64,000 nucleotides of DNA from Macrostomum lignano. Its lineage: Eukaryota. Shown piece after piece: positions 36,063-50,200 of this stretch. The notes below the pieces were generated by a model. The model did not search any database. It had not been told where the DNA came from and was given only the letters and a program-made list of their open reading frames with translations. The DNA lies in assembly GCA_002269645.1 (NCBI GenBank), contig NIVC01002806.1:1-64000 (forward strand). Reading direction: 5' to 3'. How positions within the stretch are numbered: position 1 is the first letter of the stretch; each line of letters starts with the position of its first letter. A program made the translations under genes and the position numbers.

Positions 36063-36962
36063 CTAGTTTGACGGCTGACGTGTCGGAGAGCCTGACCTGG
36101 ACTGTGCAGGTGTCTTTTCGTGAGTACTCAGAATTCGCGGCCGCCTACCACCCAAGGTGGACGGGAAACGACACCACGGTCGGCAGGTAAGCGCGCGTTC
36201 ACCGTAGTAGATGTGGGCCCGGCAGACGACCGGACGCTGTCCTGGCTTGAACGGGGTGACGCTTGTCTGTGGCTGCAGTTGTCGGCGTGGCAGTTCGTCC
36301 CGTCTGGAGTTGATAGTCGGCGGTGGCGTCGGCTGTACAGCGCTGACTGAGCTCGCCGAGCTCTGGTAGCTGACCATGAAATCAGCGATTTCAGCGAGCT
36401 TCTCTGGCGATTCCTGCTGGAAGCCTGATAGTGCGACTCGTAGCTCACTGGGCAGGCAGCGGATGAGAGTCGCCTTGAGCATGTCGGAGCAGGAGCCCAT
36501 GCCGCACTGAGCCATCTTGGCGCTGAGCTTCTTGACGAAGATTGAGGGCTTGTCGCCACCTAGATCGGACGTGGCCAGGATCTCGTTGATCTTCTCCTGC
36601 TGACTCTTCTGCAGAAGGTTGGAGATGGCGGCTTTAAGCGGCTCGTACTGTCGAGGCGTTGATGTCGTGATCAGCATCGACGAGATATCCTCCGGCAGGT
36701 GCGCAACCAAGTAGTGGTACTTGGTCTCGTCCGAAGTTATGCGCGCTAGGTGGAATTGCGACTCTAGGGTCCGGAACCAAGCTTCCGAATTGTTCCGGTA
36801 CAGCGGCGGAACCTTAACGGACACGGCGGACACGCTTGGCTCAAGTATCGGTGGTGTATGTTGAACAGGTAGCTGCCCAGTGGGGTTGAGCACCGGGGCC
36901 TGGTTGTTGTCGGCGGCTGCTGCGGCCTGCTGCGATAGCTGCGGATCGCTTTCGTCGGCCAT
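36063..36962 (-). CDS. gag: Gag protein (CsRn1 type)
   Basis: VKVPPLY...AWF...ESQF N-terminal motif; C-terminal [18 protein letters not shown] (CX2HX9CX3C). Confidence 0.93.
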   Translation of the reverse strand: MADESDPQLSQQAAAAADNNQAPVLNPTGQLPVQHTPPILEPSVSAVSVKVPPLYRNNSEAWFRTLESQFHLARITSDETKYHYLVAHLPEDISSMLITTSTPRQYEPLKAAISNLLQKSQQEKINEILATSDLGGDKPSIFVKKLSAKMAQCGMGSCSDMLKATLIRCLPSELRVALSGFQQESPEKLAEIADFMVSYQSSASSVSAVQPTPPPTINSRRDELPRRQLQPQTSVTPFKPGQRPVVCRAHIYYGERALTCRPWCRFPSTLGGRRPRILSTHEKTPAQSRSGSPTRQPSN

Positions 36963-36981
36963 GACGACTCACCGGACCAGT

Positions 36982-37374
36982 TGTAGCGGCTGTGAAATGA
37001 AAAAGGTAGAGCTAGGCGGTGGTTCGCCCTTGTTTGCTTCTTTGTTTGGCACTTGAGTTTCTCGAATATCCAAAGAGGCTTGGAGCAGATGCTGGTTTAG
37101 CTACTGTATATTTATACTATAATTTGTCCTTCCGGAAATTTCTAGAATCATTTTAGTGCGGTAAAACAAACTGTATAGTAAGTATCGTACGTACGGTATT
37201 CATATTTTGTATGATGATGAATTACAGTAAATAAATAATTATTGAGTAGAAATATTTACTATGAGATTACAAATAGCTAGATAAAGAATTTTCTAGAATT
37301 TAACTCGTACTGTTTTGCAGAAATTTCTGGAAGTAAACATCATACGGTATAGAACTTTCGCGAAGGTCACTACA
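36982..37374 (-). repeat. 5' LTR (393 bp)
   Basis: Identical by eye to 32181-32573; the gag ATG begins 19 nt inside it. Confidence 0.97.
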
Positions 37375-39514
37375 AAGGCAAATAGGATAAACAAATAAAT
37401 TTCTTTCCTTGCTTATTGGCCTCCCCGAAGGAAGATTGCTAGTAAGTAGTCTAAATTTCAGGTCTAAATTAACCAAGTTCCTACAATTATACAATCAATC
37501 CATGGCAAAAATCAACATTATTGCTAATAATATTAAAACTACATACACCCATTTATGAGTACTAAAAATGACTAGTGGGCGTTCCAGTATTATGAATAGA
37601 AGAAAATTGTAAGGTTAAATTATTATATTTTATTGGTTACATTTAGTTCATAACATAGTTCATTTCAATACAGTATCTCTTATTTTTTGTAACTTTCTTG
37701 GAAAGTTTTATTTTTGAAATAGCGCTACCTTAAAATAGTTTATGTTTTTGTTTTATTCAGTTAATATTTAAACAATTGCACATAATTCAGTGTCGGTAGA
37801 AAAAAGGGAAATTTTTACTTTAATTGTTTCTGATAATATTGTTATACAAATTTGAATAGATTTATACATTTGAATTGAATATACACCTTTGCAGTGTAGA
37901 TATCGCGTGCGATCTGCTGCACCAGTGCAGGTCTGCACAATAAAAAAGTACGTTTGTTGCAAATTAATAACTTTGCAATGCAATTACATAGTCAAAAAAT
38001 CAAATCATTTACACTAAAATGAGTTGTCTGTATGTATCTTTCTATCTGTATGGTATGGGTATGCGATTGATTGAAACTTTAATAAATCTATATATCTGGC
38101 TGGCATTCTTGCTTTCATTTATTCATTGACATTGGGATTAGGATGATAACAAACTATGTCATATTTTTCATGGAAATAGAACAAATACTCAAATATAGGG
38201 TAGGGGCTTTTGTGTTTTTAAAGTTATTAAACAAAGCATTAAATTTTAATTTTAAGTCATTAAAAATATAGGCAGGGTAGGGGTTCCAATGAGCTTCGTA
38301 CAATGTGTCCCAAAAACAAAAAAATGTACAAATGTGTTATGCAAATTGGATCAAAGAGGCACTAAATGATATAAGTAATTAAATCCAAAATATACATCTG
38401 AAAGTATAGAAAAAATACTTTCCAATGAGTATTAAAACAATGTGTAATATGCCCTAGCAGGGACCTAGGAAGAAAAAGGAATTAAAGACACTGACTAGAG
38501 ATACTTTAGTAAAAAAAGGCAAAAAATAATTTTCTATAGTCCCCAATGCATTTAAGGCCTAAGCCTGAGGCTGACTTTTTTAAATGTATTCTTGCAAAGG
38601 TTTTAGGCTAGCTGTTTTAACGATAGGCCTATTATATTATTTTTTATCAATAGGCCTAGAAAATAAAATAGGTTAAAAATCTAAAAAATATATAGGCCCC
38701 CTAGGTTTATATATGCTTTAACATAGAAATTGGTTCAAATTTGTAAAAAACAAGTTTTTGGGCATGAATGATCATAGATAGTTTCTAATACTAATAGGCT
38801 TATAAATAGCAAAAATATTGGAAATTAAAGTTACAATACACAATAGGCCCTAAGTTCTAACTTTTTATTATTTGACCTATTTTCAAAAGTAGTCTATTTT
38901 AATAAGGTTTAGAATAAAGAATAGAATAAAATAGAATAAAATAATTCTATAGGCTAAATGTTACTAGTGTCTATAATTAGGTCATTATAAAAAATCAAGA
39001 CTTATTTCTTATAATGTCCAAAGTGAAGAGGCAGAGACAAGGGTGGATTAAGAGGGGGGCAGCCCAAAATTTTGGTCATGGGTTTGTGGCGTTCTCCTAC
39101 TGACGCCCACACTGACCTTACAGGATTCAACCAGGTCCCCAAAGCTGATATCTGCGCGACTCCCATTCTGTCATTGGCCTACCCCATATGAGGATTTTCA
39201 GCTCCCGCCCCTCCCTCCCAACCAAGACTAGACAGAAGATAGCAGAGGGTAATAAAATTGTTTTTGCAAGAAATCTTATGCTCGTATCTCTATGTATAGC
39301 CAGGAGGACCCAAAGTCTGAGTGCTAAATCACTGCCACACTCCCAGCTCACAAGTTCTTAATGTACATGCACCCGCCCCAGTCAGCTAGCATATAGCACT
39401 AATGTACTGGCACCCGCCAGGATGCAGAGAATGATTAAACTGAATATAAGAGGACAATACTGGAGTCTTGGATCGTTAAGACAGACACCAGTAGAGAAAA
39501 ATAAACGTGCTTAC

Positions 39515-39865
39515 CGCTGGCGTCCCTGTCCCTGATGCAGTGCCGGGCGTTCCTGCTGCAACCGCTGGCGTCCCTGTCCCTGATGCAGTGCTGGGCGTTC
39601 CTGCTGCAACCGCTGGCGCCCCTGCTGCGACCACTGGCGCCCCTGCTGCGACTGCTGGCGCCCCTGCTGCGACCGCTGGCGCCCCTGCTGCGACTGCTGG
39701 CGCCCCTGCTACGACCGCTGGCGCCCCTGCTGCAACCGCTGGCGTCCCTGATGCAGTGCCGGGCGTTCCTGCTGCAACCGCTGGCGCCCCTGCTGCGACC
39801 ACTGACGCCCCTGCTGCGACCACTGGCGCCCCTGCTGCGACCGCTGGCGCCCCTGCTGCGACCAC
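39515..39865. repeat. 21-bp GC-rich tandem repeat (CCCCTGCTGCGACCGCTGGCG) at the 5' side of the hAT transposase
   Basis: Directly visible; reads PAATAGA in the transposase frame. Confidence 0.9.
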
Positions 39866-41650
39866 TGTTGTCAAACAGCCAATCGTGAAAACCATTCTGC
39901 TGTGTGGCAGGCAGAACATTCCGCTTCGTGGACATCAGGATGATGGACCACTTCTTGCTGAAGACTACAGCAAGTCACTGAAAGCAGCAAGTTTGGGAAA
40001 TTTTCGTGCTCTGCTGCAGTTCCGCATCGCGAGGCTGGCGACAAAGCGCTGCAGTGCCATCTGGAGAACACAGCTGCCAATGCGACGTACATTAGCAAAA
40101 CAACTCAAAATGACCTCATTGAAGCTGCTGGCTGCATCATTCGGGAGACTCTGGCAGCTAGGGTGAACGCAGCAAAATATTTCTCTGTGCTAGTAGACCA
40201 GACATGCGATGTCTCTAAGAAGGAACAGATGGCAGTCGTTGCGCGGTATGTGGATGCAGACAACATCATCCGAAAAGATTTCCTTGGATTTGTGCACGTC
40301 AGAGACCAATCTGGTGCAGCCATTGCTGCCTCGATTTTTGAATTCTTGGAGAAGCTGGGCATCGATCATCACCAGCTTGTCGGCCAAGGTTACGACGGCG
40401 CCGCTGCTATGCGGGGCCAGTTCAATTGTGCGCAAGCGCATGTGCAGCAGAAATGTCCGTCAGCCCGCTACGTTCACTGTGCCAGCCATTGCCTGAATCT
40501 TGTTCTCGTCCACGCCTGCCGAGTTCCCAATGTTTGCAATGCTCTCGGCGTTGTGACAGAAGTCAATTTTGTCGACGCATCAACAAAGCGCCTGAAGCTA
40601 TTTGAGGACATTGCAAGCCAAAATGCTGGGACTGGTCGCCAACGTAGATTGCAGGCTCTGTGTGAAACACAATGGGTCGAACGACACGATGCTGTGCTAG
40701 TCTTCTTCCAGCACTTCGCCTCCAGCGTCGAATTCCTCGAGTTCTGTTAGTCCAGCTCGACATTTGATGCGCGAACAACAGCAAAGGCGCACATTCTGAA
40801 GGCAGCCTGCTCAGCCCCGAATTTCATTGTGGCATTGAGCGTCATGCGTGAAGTTATGAGCGTAACAAAGCCGCTCTCCAGCTATCTACAGAAAGTTGGC
40901 ATTGACCTCTTCATGGCTGACAAGCACATCCAAAGCATTCGCAACGCATTGCAGAAGCGTCAGGAGGAGACCGAGCAATCTTTTAAAGTGTGTGGTCGGC
41001 TGCGTGCGAAGCATCAGCTCCAGCAGGCGTTGAGTTGTGCGTTCCTCGCTCGCGCTGTGTTGCACGAGGCCGAGGTGGGCAGCCACATCACAGCAAAGCA
41101 CCTGAAGATCACTTTCGGCTCAGCACTTACTGTCCATTTCTGCAGCAGATCCTGGCTCAGTTTGACTGCCACTTCAATGAACAGAATTCCATGCTTCTGC
41201 GACTGACATGTCTGCTTCCAAGGTACATCCAGCTGTACGATTTTGAAGATCTGAAGCCCGTTGTTGAGGGTTGAGCAGTTTGGCAGCTTTTTGGAAGGCA
41301 GCGACATTATTGCTGGTGAGTTCGACTGCTGGAGGAACCTGTGGAAGGGCCAAAAATCAAGCCCGAAGGCAGACACGGCGATCAGTGCCCTGGCTGACTG
41401 CGATGCAAACTTCTTTCCAAACATTTTTGCACTGCTGAAAATTGCCGACACAGTGCCAATAACGACTGCCACCGTGGAGAGATCATTCTCCAGCCTTTGC
41501 TTGCTGAAGACGTACCTGCGTGCCACAATGGACCAATCAAGGCTAGTGGGTTTGGCTCTGCTGTACATCCATTCCGACGTTGCAGTCGATCCAGATCAGG
41601 TCATTGATCAATTTTGCATGAGTAACCACCACATGGATTTTGCAGTGTAA
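39866..41650 (+). pseudogene. hAT transposase (DUF4371 / PRKRIR-THAP12-like type) pseudogene
   Basis: GRQNIPLRGH, GNFRALL, DQTCD, GQGYDGAAAMRG, HCASHCLNL, ETQWVERH, TATVERSFS.L..LKTYLRATM. Frameshifts near 40030, 40985 and 41270; in-frame TAG at 40748. Confidence 0.92.
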
Positions 41651-44277
41651 ATTTTGCCACCCCCGCGTGACTCTGTAACTGTAACTGACTCTGTCTCTCA
41701 GTTTCTCTCTTCCATGCTCTTCCATGTGCGCTAAATTGCTTTTCCTCTCTCCCTTTTTCCTGGTTGATCAATGAAGCAACCAGAGGACCACTTGGATGGA
41801 CCATAGACTAAGTTGTTGAAGCTGTAGTTAGGGGTTGCTAGAAGCTAGCACAAAATTGTCTCTTAGGATTCGTCTAAAGTTATGAGCTTTGCAATTCTTT
41901 GTTTGTTTCACTTTACCTACAATTTTCTGAATTCCTGTCCATCTGTCATCAAAATCATGTTTTTGTAAGTCCAAAGTGCAAAATATACATTATAATCTAA
42001 TTATACAAGCACTAAATTCTATGCTGCAGTATACACTTGAAAAATTTACTTTGTTTAATAGAAAGCTCTCATTTGGGTTGTTTGGATTTTAACAAAATGC
42101 CAGTTGCTTGGACTCCTTGGATCGTAGGTTAGGTTCTAGGACCTTAGGACCTTAGGTTCTAGGTTAGATGCCAGTATACGTAACTCTAACAGGCTTAGTT
42201 GCACTTTCTGGCAGCCCTGGTGCCCCTATCTGTGATTGTCATTGGCGCCCCTTGACAGTCCCCCCCTAAACAGAATTCCTAGATCTGCCACTGGGCAGAG
42301 ATAAGCAAGTGGCAGTATAACCAAACATAGCAAGGCAGGCCCCAAAGTGATTAAGGCCCGCATTTTAAAGTATATTTTTGTGAAACAGAATTAATGGAGC
42401 GACTGAAGCTTAAAGTGACCAAAGCTTAAAAGAAAGAAATTTAAAATAAAAAAAAATTAGAGTGGCAGCAGTCACCCTCTTTTACTGAGCAAAGCAATGT
42501 ATATAAAAAATCCCACAGTGCCTACGCATACTAAGGATTAGGGGTGGAGAGTTAGGGCATGTACATACAGCGCTTAAAACACAAATAGGTTGGAACAATA
42601 GAAAGGAACAGTGAGGCAGATCGCTCAGACATTAAAAATGGCTAAAGCCACTTGCTTTACCCACCCACAAAATTTTAAATTGGTAAAGTCTATTCTAATA
42701 TAAAATATAAGTTATATTAAATTAAAATAAATATTAATAAATAAAAGCTTTATCTAAAAGTAATAGAAATAAAAGGAATATTTTCAATCGTTTGTTTTTT
42801 ATCTCTCCTTTTTTAACATATAAAAGCAAAACAACATTTATAAAGCAATTATATGTTTTGATTATAAAGCAAAACATTTTGCTTAAAGGTTAAACATTTT
42901 ATATTTGAACAATTTTAAATAACTTATAGAATAATATTCTAGATAAATAGATTGCCCTAACAATAACTAATATAGTTAAACACTGGAAATACTAGCAATA
43001 AATGTTACAACTAAGTTACAATTACTTATAATATTCATATTCTTAGAATAAACATTGTTTTGATCTTTTTGTATCAAATATAAGATTATATTATTAGTAA
43101 AAATAGAAATTAACCTATGTATATAATGCCAAGGTAGTAATTGAACTTTTATTTTAAGGGCTTTTTATTCATATTTCCCAAAGACTCAAAACTTCTTAAA
43201 ATGAAAAGTTGTTATATATAAACTTTTTTTAATTGGTTTATTAGTTTAATACAATTAGTAACTATTATAAAATCACAATATCAAATTTTAGTTAAGTGTA
43301 AGCTTATAGCAAAAGCTTGAACTATAGCATTTTTGAGTATCTAGCATAATGTAGCCATAGTATTGTAATAGGCTTCATTTTTAGCAGACTAAATTTCTTA
43401 GAAATGTATAATTTCAAAACTCTATTATTTTTTTATACTCTACAAATTTGAAATATTAGAAATATTTCGTTTTGTTTAAAATAGTAAAGAGAAATTTTAC
43501 CATAAATAGGGGCCAAGTCAAATAAATCCTCTTTGTCTCTGATTGAACAATAACTGATCTTATAATCATAGCTTGCTTAGCGTCTCTTCAGTTATTCTAT
43601 TTGGAGAAGAAATCCAATTAGCCTCAGGCTAGTATTCACTTTTGTGTTACTTATTTCAAGTAGTAGATAGCAACTTAGAAGTAGCCCTAAGGTTTGGAAA
43701 ATTTAATTCATTCTGAAAGAACAAGATATCAGATTTAGAATCTGAGAAATTGCCTTAGAAAATAGAAATCCTACCAAAGGGTAGATAATCCAGACTCTGA
43801 GTCTGAGAAACCCGCCTCAGGGCAGAATACCCAGCAAGTGAGCTGTGACCCTTTGATCCTAGTAACATCCAGGACTGAGACAATAAAACCTTTAGAGAGT
43901 AGCATAGAGTATAGGATAGACAGTGCCATTAGATCGCTCAGGCTAGAAGTACAGTACATGTATAAATGCTACCAGTAGATAAATACATACACTATCAGTA
44001 TAAAAGTAAAAGCGCTACTAACAGATATATAAGTACTGGCTATAAGTATATTCATGTGCTACCAATAAAAGTACGTAGATAATAGCAGTAAGATCATTGC
44101 AGAAGATAGAACTTAGCCCTGTTACAACTTTGATGACAGCCGTGAATTTATTCTAGAAGACAGAAGTTATCATAGAAGCCCACCTGTCAATATATGCTAA
44201 TTCATTTGCTTAATTATTAAAACCTATTTTCAGGTAACCTTCATCAAACAATTTGCAATTCAAACAAATATTTTACA

Positions 44278-47200
44278 ATGCTTTCATTTCTGTACTCAAA
44301 GTGCAGGCATTCAAAATTGCAAACTAAACTGTATGTTGGACTTTTTGTAATAACAAGTTTCTGGGCAATTTTAGGTAAGTTTTGATTGATTTATCTAGTT
44401 AATGATATAAATTATTTTTCATGTAAAATTAAACACACTGTTTTGCCTCTTTTTGAATATGAGCAGTGAGAAACTTTGCATTTTTTGAATGCAGCCATTT
44501 TATTTTGACAAAAAGGCAACCATGCCTGATAGACTAAGCAGTGATGGATTGATAGATTGGTGTAGGGGGTCGATCCTGGGGCTGAAGACTCGTGGGATAG
44601 GCCTGCACTTTGGTAAAATTCACTTAGGCCACCTTTCTATTTTTCTAGGCCTCCACCGAAGTTACACTAAGTTTTACACAAATGTGACAGTCGTGGACAG
44701 TAATTAATGACACTGTCTGACAGTTCAAGTGACACTGCCACCTGACACTCATCTGACACTCACCTGACACTCTGACACTCCTCATTTGACACTCATCTGA
44801 CACTCATCTGACACTCATCTGACACTCGTCTGACACTCATCTGACACTCGTCTGACACTCATCTGACACTCATCTGACACTCATCTGACACTCATCTGAC
44901 ACTCTGACACTCCTCATCTGACACTCGTCTGACACTCATCTGACACTCATCTGACACTCGTCTGACACTCATCTGACACTCATCTGACACTCATCTGACA
45001 CTCATCTGACACTCGTCTGACACTCGTCTGACACTCATCTGACACTCATCTGACACTCATCTGACACTCTGACACTCCTCATCTGACACTCATCTGACAC
45101 TCATCTGACACTCGTCTGACACTCATCTGACACTCATCTGACACTCATCTGACACTCTGACACTTCTCATCTGACACTCGTCTGACACTCATCTGACACT
45201 CATCTGACACTCGTCTGACACTCATCTGACACTCATCTGACACTCATCTGACACTCATCTGACACTCGTCTGACACTCGTCTGACACTCATCTGACACTC
45301 ATCTGACACTCATCTGACACTCATCTGACACTCTGACACTCCTCATCTGACACTCATCTGACACTCATCTGACACTCGTCTGACACTCATCTGACACTCA
45401 TCTGACACTCATCTGACACTCTGACACTTCTCATCTGACACTCGTCTGACACTCATCTGACACTCATCTGACACTCGTCTGACACTCATCTGACACTCAT
45501 CTGACACTCATCTGACACTCATCTGACACTCATCTGACACTCATCTGACACTCATCTGACACTCATCTGACACTCGTCTGACACTCATCTGACACTCCTC
45601 ATCTAACACTTCTCACCTTACACTCATCTGACACTGACACTCGTCTGACACTCATCTGACACTCCTCATCTAACACTCCTCACCTGACACTCATCTAACT
45701 CGTCTGACACTTGGAATCAAAAGTGAATATTCGTACTGCTGGAATTGAAGCAAATGAAATTGAAGCGACCTGATTGGTATTGCGTGATTGACTGCATTTG
45801 CTCTCAATCCATCTGCTTGAGCTCCAGCATCGCACTAAGACCCCCAAAAACCCAAACCAATCTGCACCACCCACGCAGTGCTCGCAAATGCCTTTAACGC
45901 AAAGCCATCGACCAGCGATTTGGAGTCCAGACAGGCGCTTCGCCAGCTTGCAGCCCAGCTGAATTTAACCTTCAGCGTCATTAGCAACACAAAGCGCAAT
46001 CACACGGCTCGCATTACGCTGAGGAATCCACTTAGCGGCGTCTGGCTTGGCGCTGGTATCCGCTGGCGCCTGTACTTCTCCTTGATGCGCCCGGTGCATC
46101 AGGTCATCGACGGGCCATTCCGCCTGACCCACCAGAACGGCTATCTCCACCAGCTGGAGCCCGTGGGCGACCTGGCCACAGGCGGGCTGGCGCCAGGCGG
46201 CGAGTACAGCATCCGGTATGTCGGCAAGGCCAACATGCTGGGCCGGTTCGATGCCTTCCCCAACTGGTACGCAGTGCTGGTTAACAAATCCGGCTTGGAG
46301 GTGGCCGCCGAAGTCCTGGCCGTGACAGCCAGCGAAGCGTTGGACTTTGTGAACCCGCTGACCAGGCCTGAGCAGTACAAGACTGGTCCGGATGATGTCA
46401 ATGAGCCGTGGACTCCGTTCAAGAGGTTTGCGCCTGTAGCTGACTTATAGCACCAGCTGGCCAGCAGCCTGTGGTGTTTAATTGAGCCGCTAATCATCAC
46501 AACAGGGGGGGGGGGGGTTGTAGCCTAGTGGTTAGAGCGTCGGACTCTTGACTGGAAGGTCGGGGGTTCGATTCTCGATCTACTCGAAACAATTTGTGTC
46601 GAGCAAGATACTCAACTTTGCATTGCAGTTGGTGGTGCGGCTAGTTAGTAGATTTGGTAGTGTAGCTGGTGGTGTAGAGTTGGCAGTGCAGCTGGTAGTG
46701 TAGAGTTGGCAGTGCAGCTGGTAGTTTAGAGTTGGCGGTGCAGCTGGTAGTGTAGAGTTGGCGGTGCAGCTGGTAGTGTAGAGTTTGCAGTACAGCTGGT
46801 AGTGTAGAGTTGGCAGTGCAGCTGTTACTGATAGTGGATTTGGCAGTGCGCCAATAGCACTAAAAATTTCCCGCTGTCCTCACCGCAGAGCGGAGATCCA
46901 AGCCGGCTACCTGGGTGGTGAGCGGCCCGGGCCCCAGCTGGTCCGCCTGGTGCCGAAGCCTGCGCTGGCCGAGCCGCTGGGCGGTGAGCAGCGGCCGCCG
47001 AGCACCGACTGTCTCCTGGCCGGCCTCAACGTAGCTTCTTCATCGTCTGGTGGGGACAGCAGCGGCTGCAAACCTGCCGGTTCCTCCGAGGCAGCCGGGC
47101 TGCTGCGAGAAGCAGCCGCAGAGGCCGCGGCTGCAGCTGCTGGTGGGCCCTGCACAGCCGGCGAGATGAACCTCCCCCGCTGGACGGCCAGCCTGCAGCT

Positions 47201-50200
47201 CTGCGATAACAGCAGCAGCAAGTTCGGCAAGCTGCTGACCAACCTGACACCGGGCCAGGCTTCTGAGGCCTACGAGCTGCTGCTTGATCCGAAGGTGGGC
47301 AATTGGAAGAATTTCACCTCACAAACAGGCCTCATTAAGTCCTAACAAGCCTCACAGCACAGGCCTCATTAAGTCCCAACAAACCTCACAAACAGGCCTC
47401 ATTAAGTCCCAACAAACCTCACAAACAGGCCTCATTAAGTCCTAACAAGCCTCACAGCACAGGCCTCATTAAGTCCCAACAAACCTCACAAACAGGCCTC
47501 ATTAAGTCCCAACAAACCTCACAAACAGGCCTCATTAAGTCCCAACAAACCTCACAAACAGGCCTCATTAAGTCCCATCTTCCAAAAACCGACCTCTTCC
47601 CCATCCACCCAGTCGGGCCAGGCCGTCCTGTCCGCAGCCACCCCTGTCGGCCTGTTCTGGGCCGCCCAGTCGCTGGTGTCGCTGCTGCAGCCCGGAGGTC
47701 GTCTGGCCGTCCGCCGCCTGTTCGACTATCCCCGCTCGCAATACCGCGGCCTCATGCTGGACGTGGCCCGCAACTTCCTGTCAGTCGAGGAAGTCGTTCG
47801 CCTTATCGACGCCATGTCGGCCTGGAAGCTCAACCGTCTCCATCTTCACTTGTCCGACGACGAGGGCCTCCGACTGCCGCTGACCGCCGCGTTCCCGGCC
47901 GCCAGCCGGCGGTGCCACCCGCTGAGCGGCGAGGCCTCCGACCAGCCGGTCTGCGCGCAGCCGCCCCAGCTGGGCTCTCACCCGACTCAGTGGGGCGCCC
48001 CGCCAGGCTGCGGCAGCTACAGCGCCCAAGACTACGCAGCCATCCTGCGCCATTCTGCCAGCCGCTTTGTCCGGGTGGTGCCAGAGCTGGACACACCGGC
48101 TCATTCTCTGGCTGCTATACTGGCTATGAAGGTTTCACCGCTGTCCTTGATATTGTGGGGGATGGGGTTTTGTGAGGTATGGGATTTGGTCGGGGTGGTA
48201 TTTCGTGAGGTATGGGATTTCATGAGTTATGGGAATTCTTGGGGTATGGGATTTCATTAGGTATGTGATTTGTGAAGTATGGGATTTCGTAAGTTATGGG
48301 AATCGGATTCCGTGAGGTATGGCATTCCGTGAGGTATGGCATTCCGTGAGGTATGGCATTCCGTGAGGTATGGGATTTCATTAGGTATGTGATTTGTGAG
48401 GTATGGGATTTCGGGAGGTGTGGGATTGGGTCAGGTATGGTATTTCGTGAGGTATGAGCTTCACAAGACGTGGGATTTTGTAGTATTGGGTTTGTTTGGT
48501 GTGGGATTTTGCGAAAATATGATACACGAGATTCTGTTTCTGATGGGATTTTCTTCCAGTGATTTGTAATCTATCTACTAGAAGTAGCCAGAAAGCGAAT
48601 GACTAAAATTTCTACGCCAATTCGCACCGCAAGGCGCAGGGCGTGGACCTGACAGACCCGGAGGATCCAGGCGGCCAGCCGAGCCCGCAGGCCTTCACCA
48701 ACAACAGCGTGAATCCGTGCCTTCCAGCTGGCGCCCAGTACATTCTGGACCTGATGCGGGGCGTCAGCAAGCTGCACGCAGCCGCCGGCCTGCCGATGCT
48801 GGAGTACCACTTTGGCGGAGATGAGGCGCCCAATGGCACCTGGACTAACTCGCCTGCGTGTCGCCGCATGCTGAGCATTCCGTGAGTCTGTTCACATGTT
48901 GAGGATTACAAATTAAATTTTTGAATCGGCCTTTCGATACACTAGCAGTCGCCATACAGACACACTGAGGATCGCCCTATAGACACACTCAAAACGCCCT
49001 ATAGACACACTGAGAATCGCCCTATAGACACACTCAGAATCGCCCTATAGACACACGGAGAATCGCCCTATAGACACACGGAGAATCGCCCTATAGACAC
49101 ACTCAGAATTGCCCTATGGACACACGGAGAATCGCCCTATAGACACACTGAGAATCGCCCTATAGACACACTCAGAATCGCCCTATAGACACACTCAGAA
49201 TCGCCCTATAGACACACAGAGAATCGCCCTATAGACACACTCTGTATCGCCCTATAGACACTGAGAATCGCCCTATAGACACACTCAGAATCGCCCTATA
49301 GACACACTCAGAATCGCCCTATAAACACTGAGAATCGCCCTATAGACACTGAAAATCGCCCTATAGACACACTGAGAATTGCCCTATAGACACACTCAGA
49401 ACGCCCTATAGACACACTGAGAATCGCCCTATAGACACACTGAGAATCGCCCTATAGACACACTCAGATTCGCCCTATAGACACACTGAGAATTGCCCTA
49501 TAGACACACTCAGAACGCCCTATAGACACACTGAGAATCGCCCTATAGACACACTCAGATTCGCCCTATACACAGACTGAGAATCGCCCTATAGACACAC
49601 TCAGATTCGCCCTATAGACACACTGAGAATCGCCTATAGACACACTGAGAATCGCCCTATAGACAGACTGAGAATTGCCCTATAGACACTGAGAATCGCC
49701 CTATAGACACACTCAGATTCGCCCTATAGACACACTCAGAATCGCCCTATAGACACACTCAGATTCGCCCTATAGACACACTGAGAATCGCCCTATAAAC
49801 AGACTGAGAATTGCCCTATAGACACACTGAGAATCACCCTATAGACACACTCAGAATCGCCTGTCGCCATACATGTATTTAGCAGCAGTGCTCAAATTTC
49901 CATACGAACCAGACTATCACAGCTGGTGATTCCCCACCTTCCAGGCCGGACCAGCCGGTGGACGCGGACGCGGTCAGTCGCGTCAATCTGCGCCGCCTGC
50001 TTGCCGAGGCCGCGGACGCCGGTGTTGACGCTCTACTGGGCTGGTCTGATGGCTTTGCTGGCGCGGATTTGCGACCGTTTAATCTGAGCAGCCTTGTAAG
50101 AGGATAGCTAGCCCACGAAATCGGTACCCAGGCCAAGAAGAATAATTTTGAAGCGTTTAACTAGCCTACTGAGTTAGTAGAAAGTTAAGCGCCAGCATAA

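Larger units (their letters stand above)
32181..37374 (-). mobile_element. Full-length Ty3/gypsy LTR retrotransposon, CsRn1 clade
   Basis: 393-bp LTRs (TGTAG...CTACA), 4-bp TSD AAGG on both sides, gag with the CX2HX9CX3C motif, uninterrupted PR-RT-RH-INT pol, TGG-type PBS at ~36980-36969, G-rich PPT at ~32578-32587. Confidence 0.97.
39038..42293 (+). mobile_element. hAT DNA transposon, decayed
   Basis: 8-bp TSD GGCAGAGA at 39030-39037 and 42294-42301. Degenerate TIRs CAAGGGTGGATTAAG / CTAGATCTGCCACTG (9/15 match). Internal transposase remnants. Confidence 0.9.

Noticed and set aside
33109-36559. Many short ORFs overlapping gag/pol on both strands
   Set aside because: Expected shadow ORFs of GC-rich coding DNA; no motifs.
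39435-39935. Minus-strand Ala/Gly-rich ORFs with a GTAAGC donor-like site near 39505
   Set aside because: Products of the 21-bp repeat; no partner exon found.
46518-46590. Functional tRNA-Lys gene
   Set aside because: The acceptor and anticodon stems do not pair properly and the sequence runs into SINE-like sequence.
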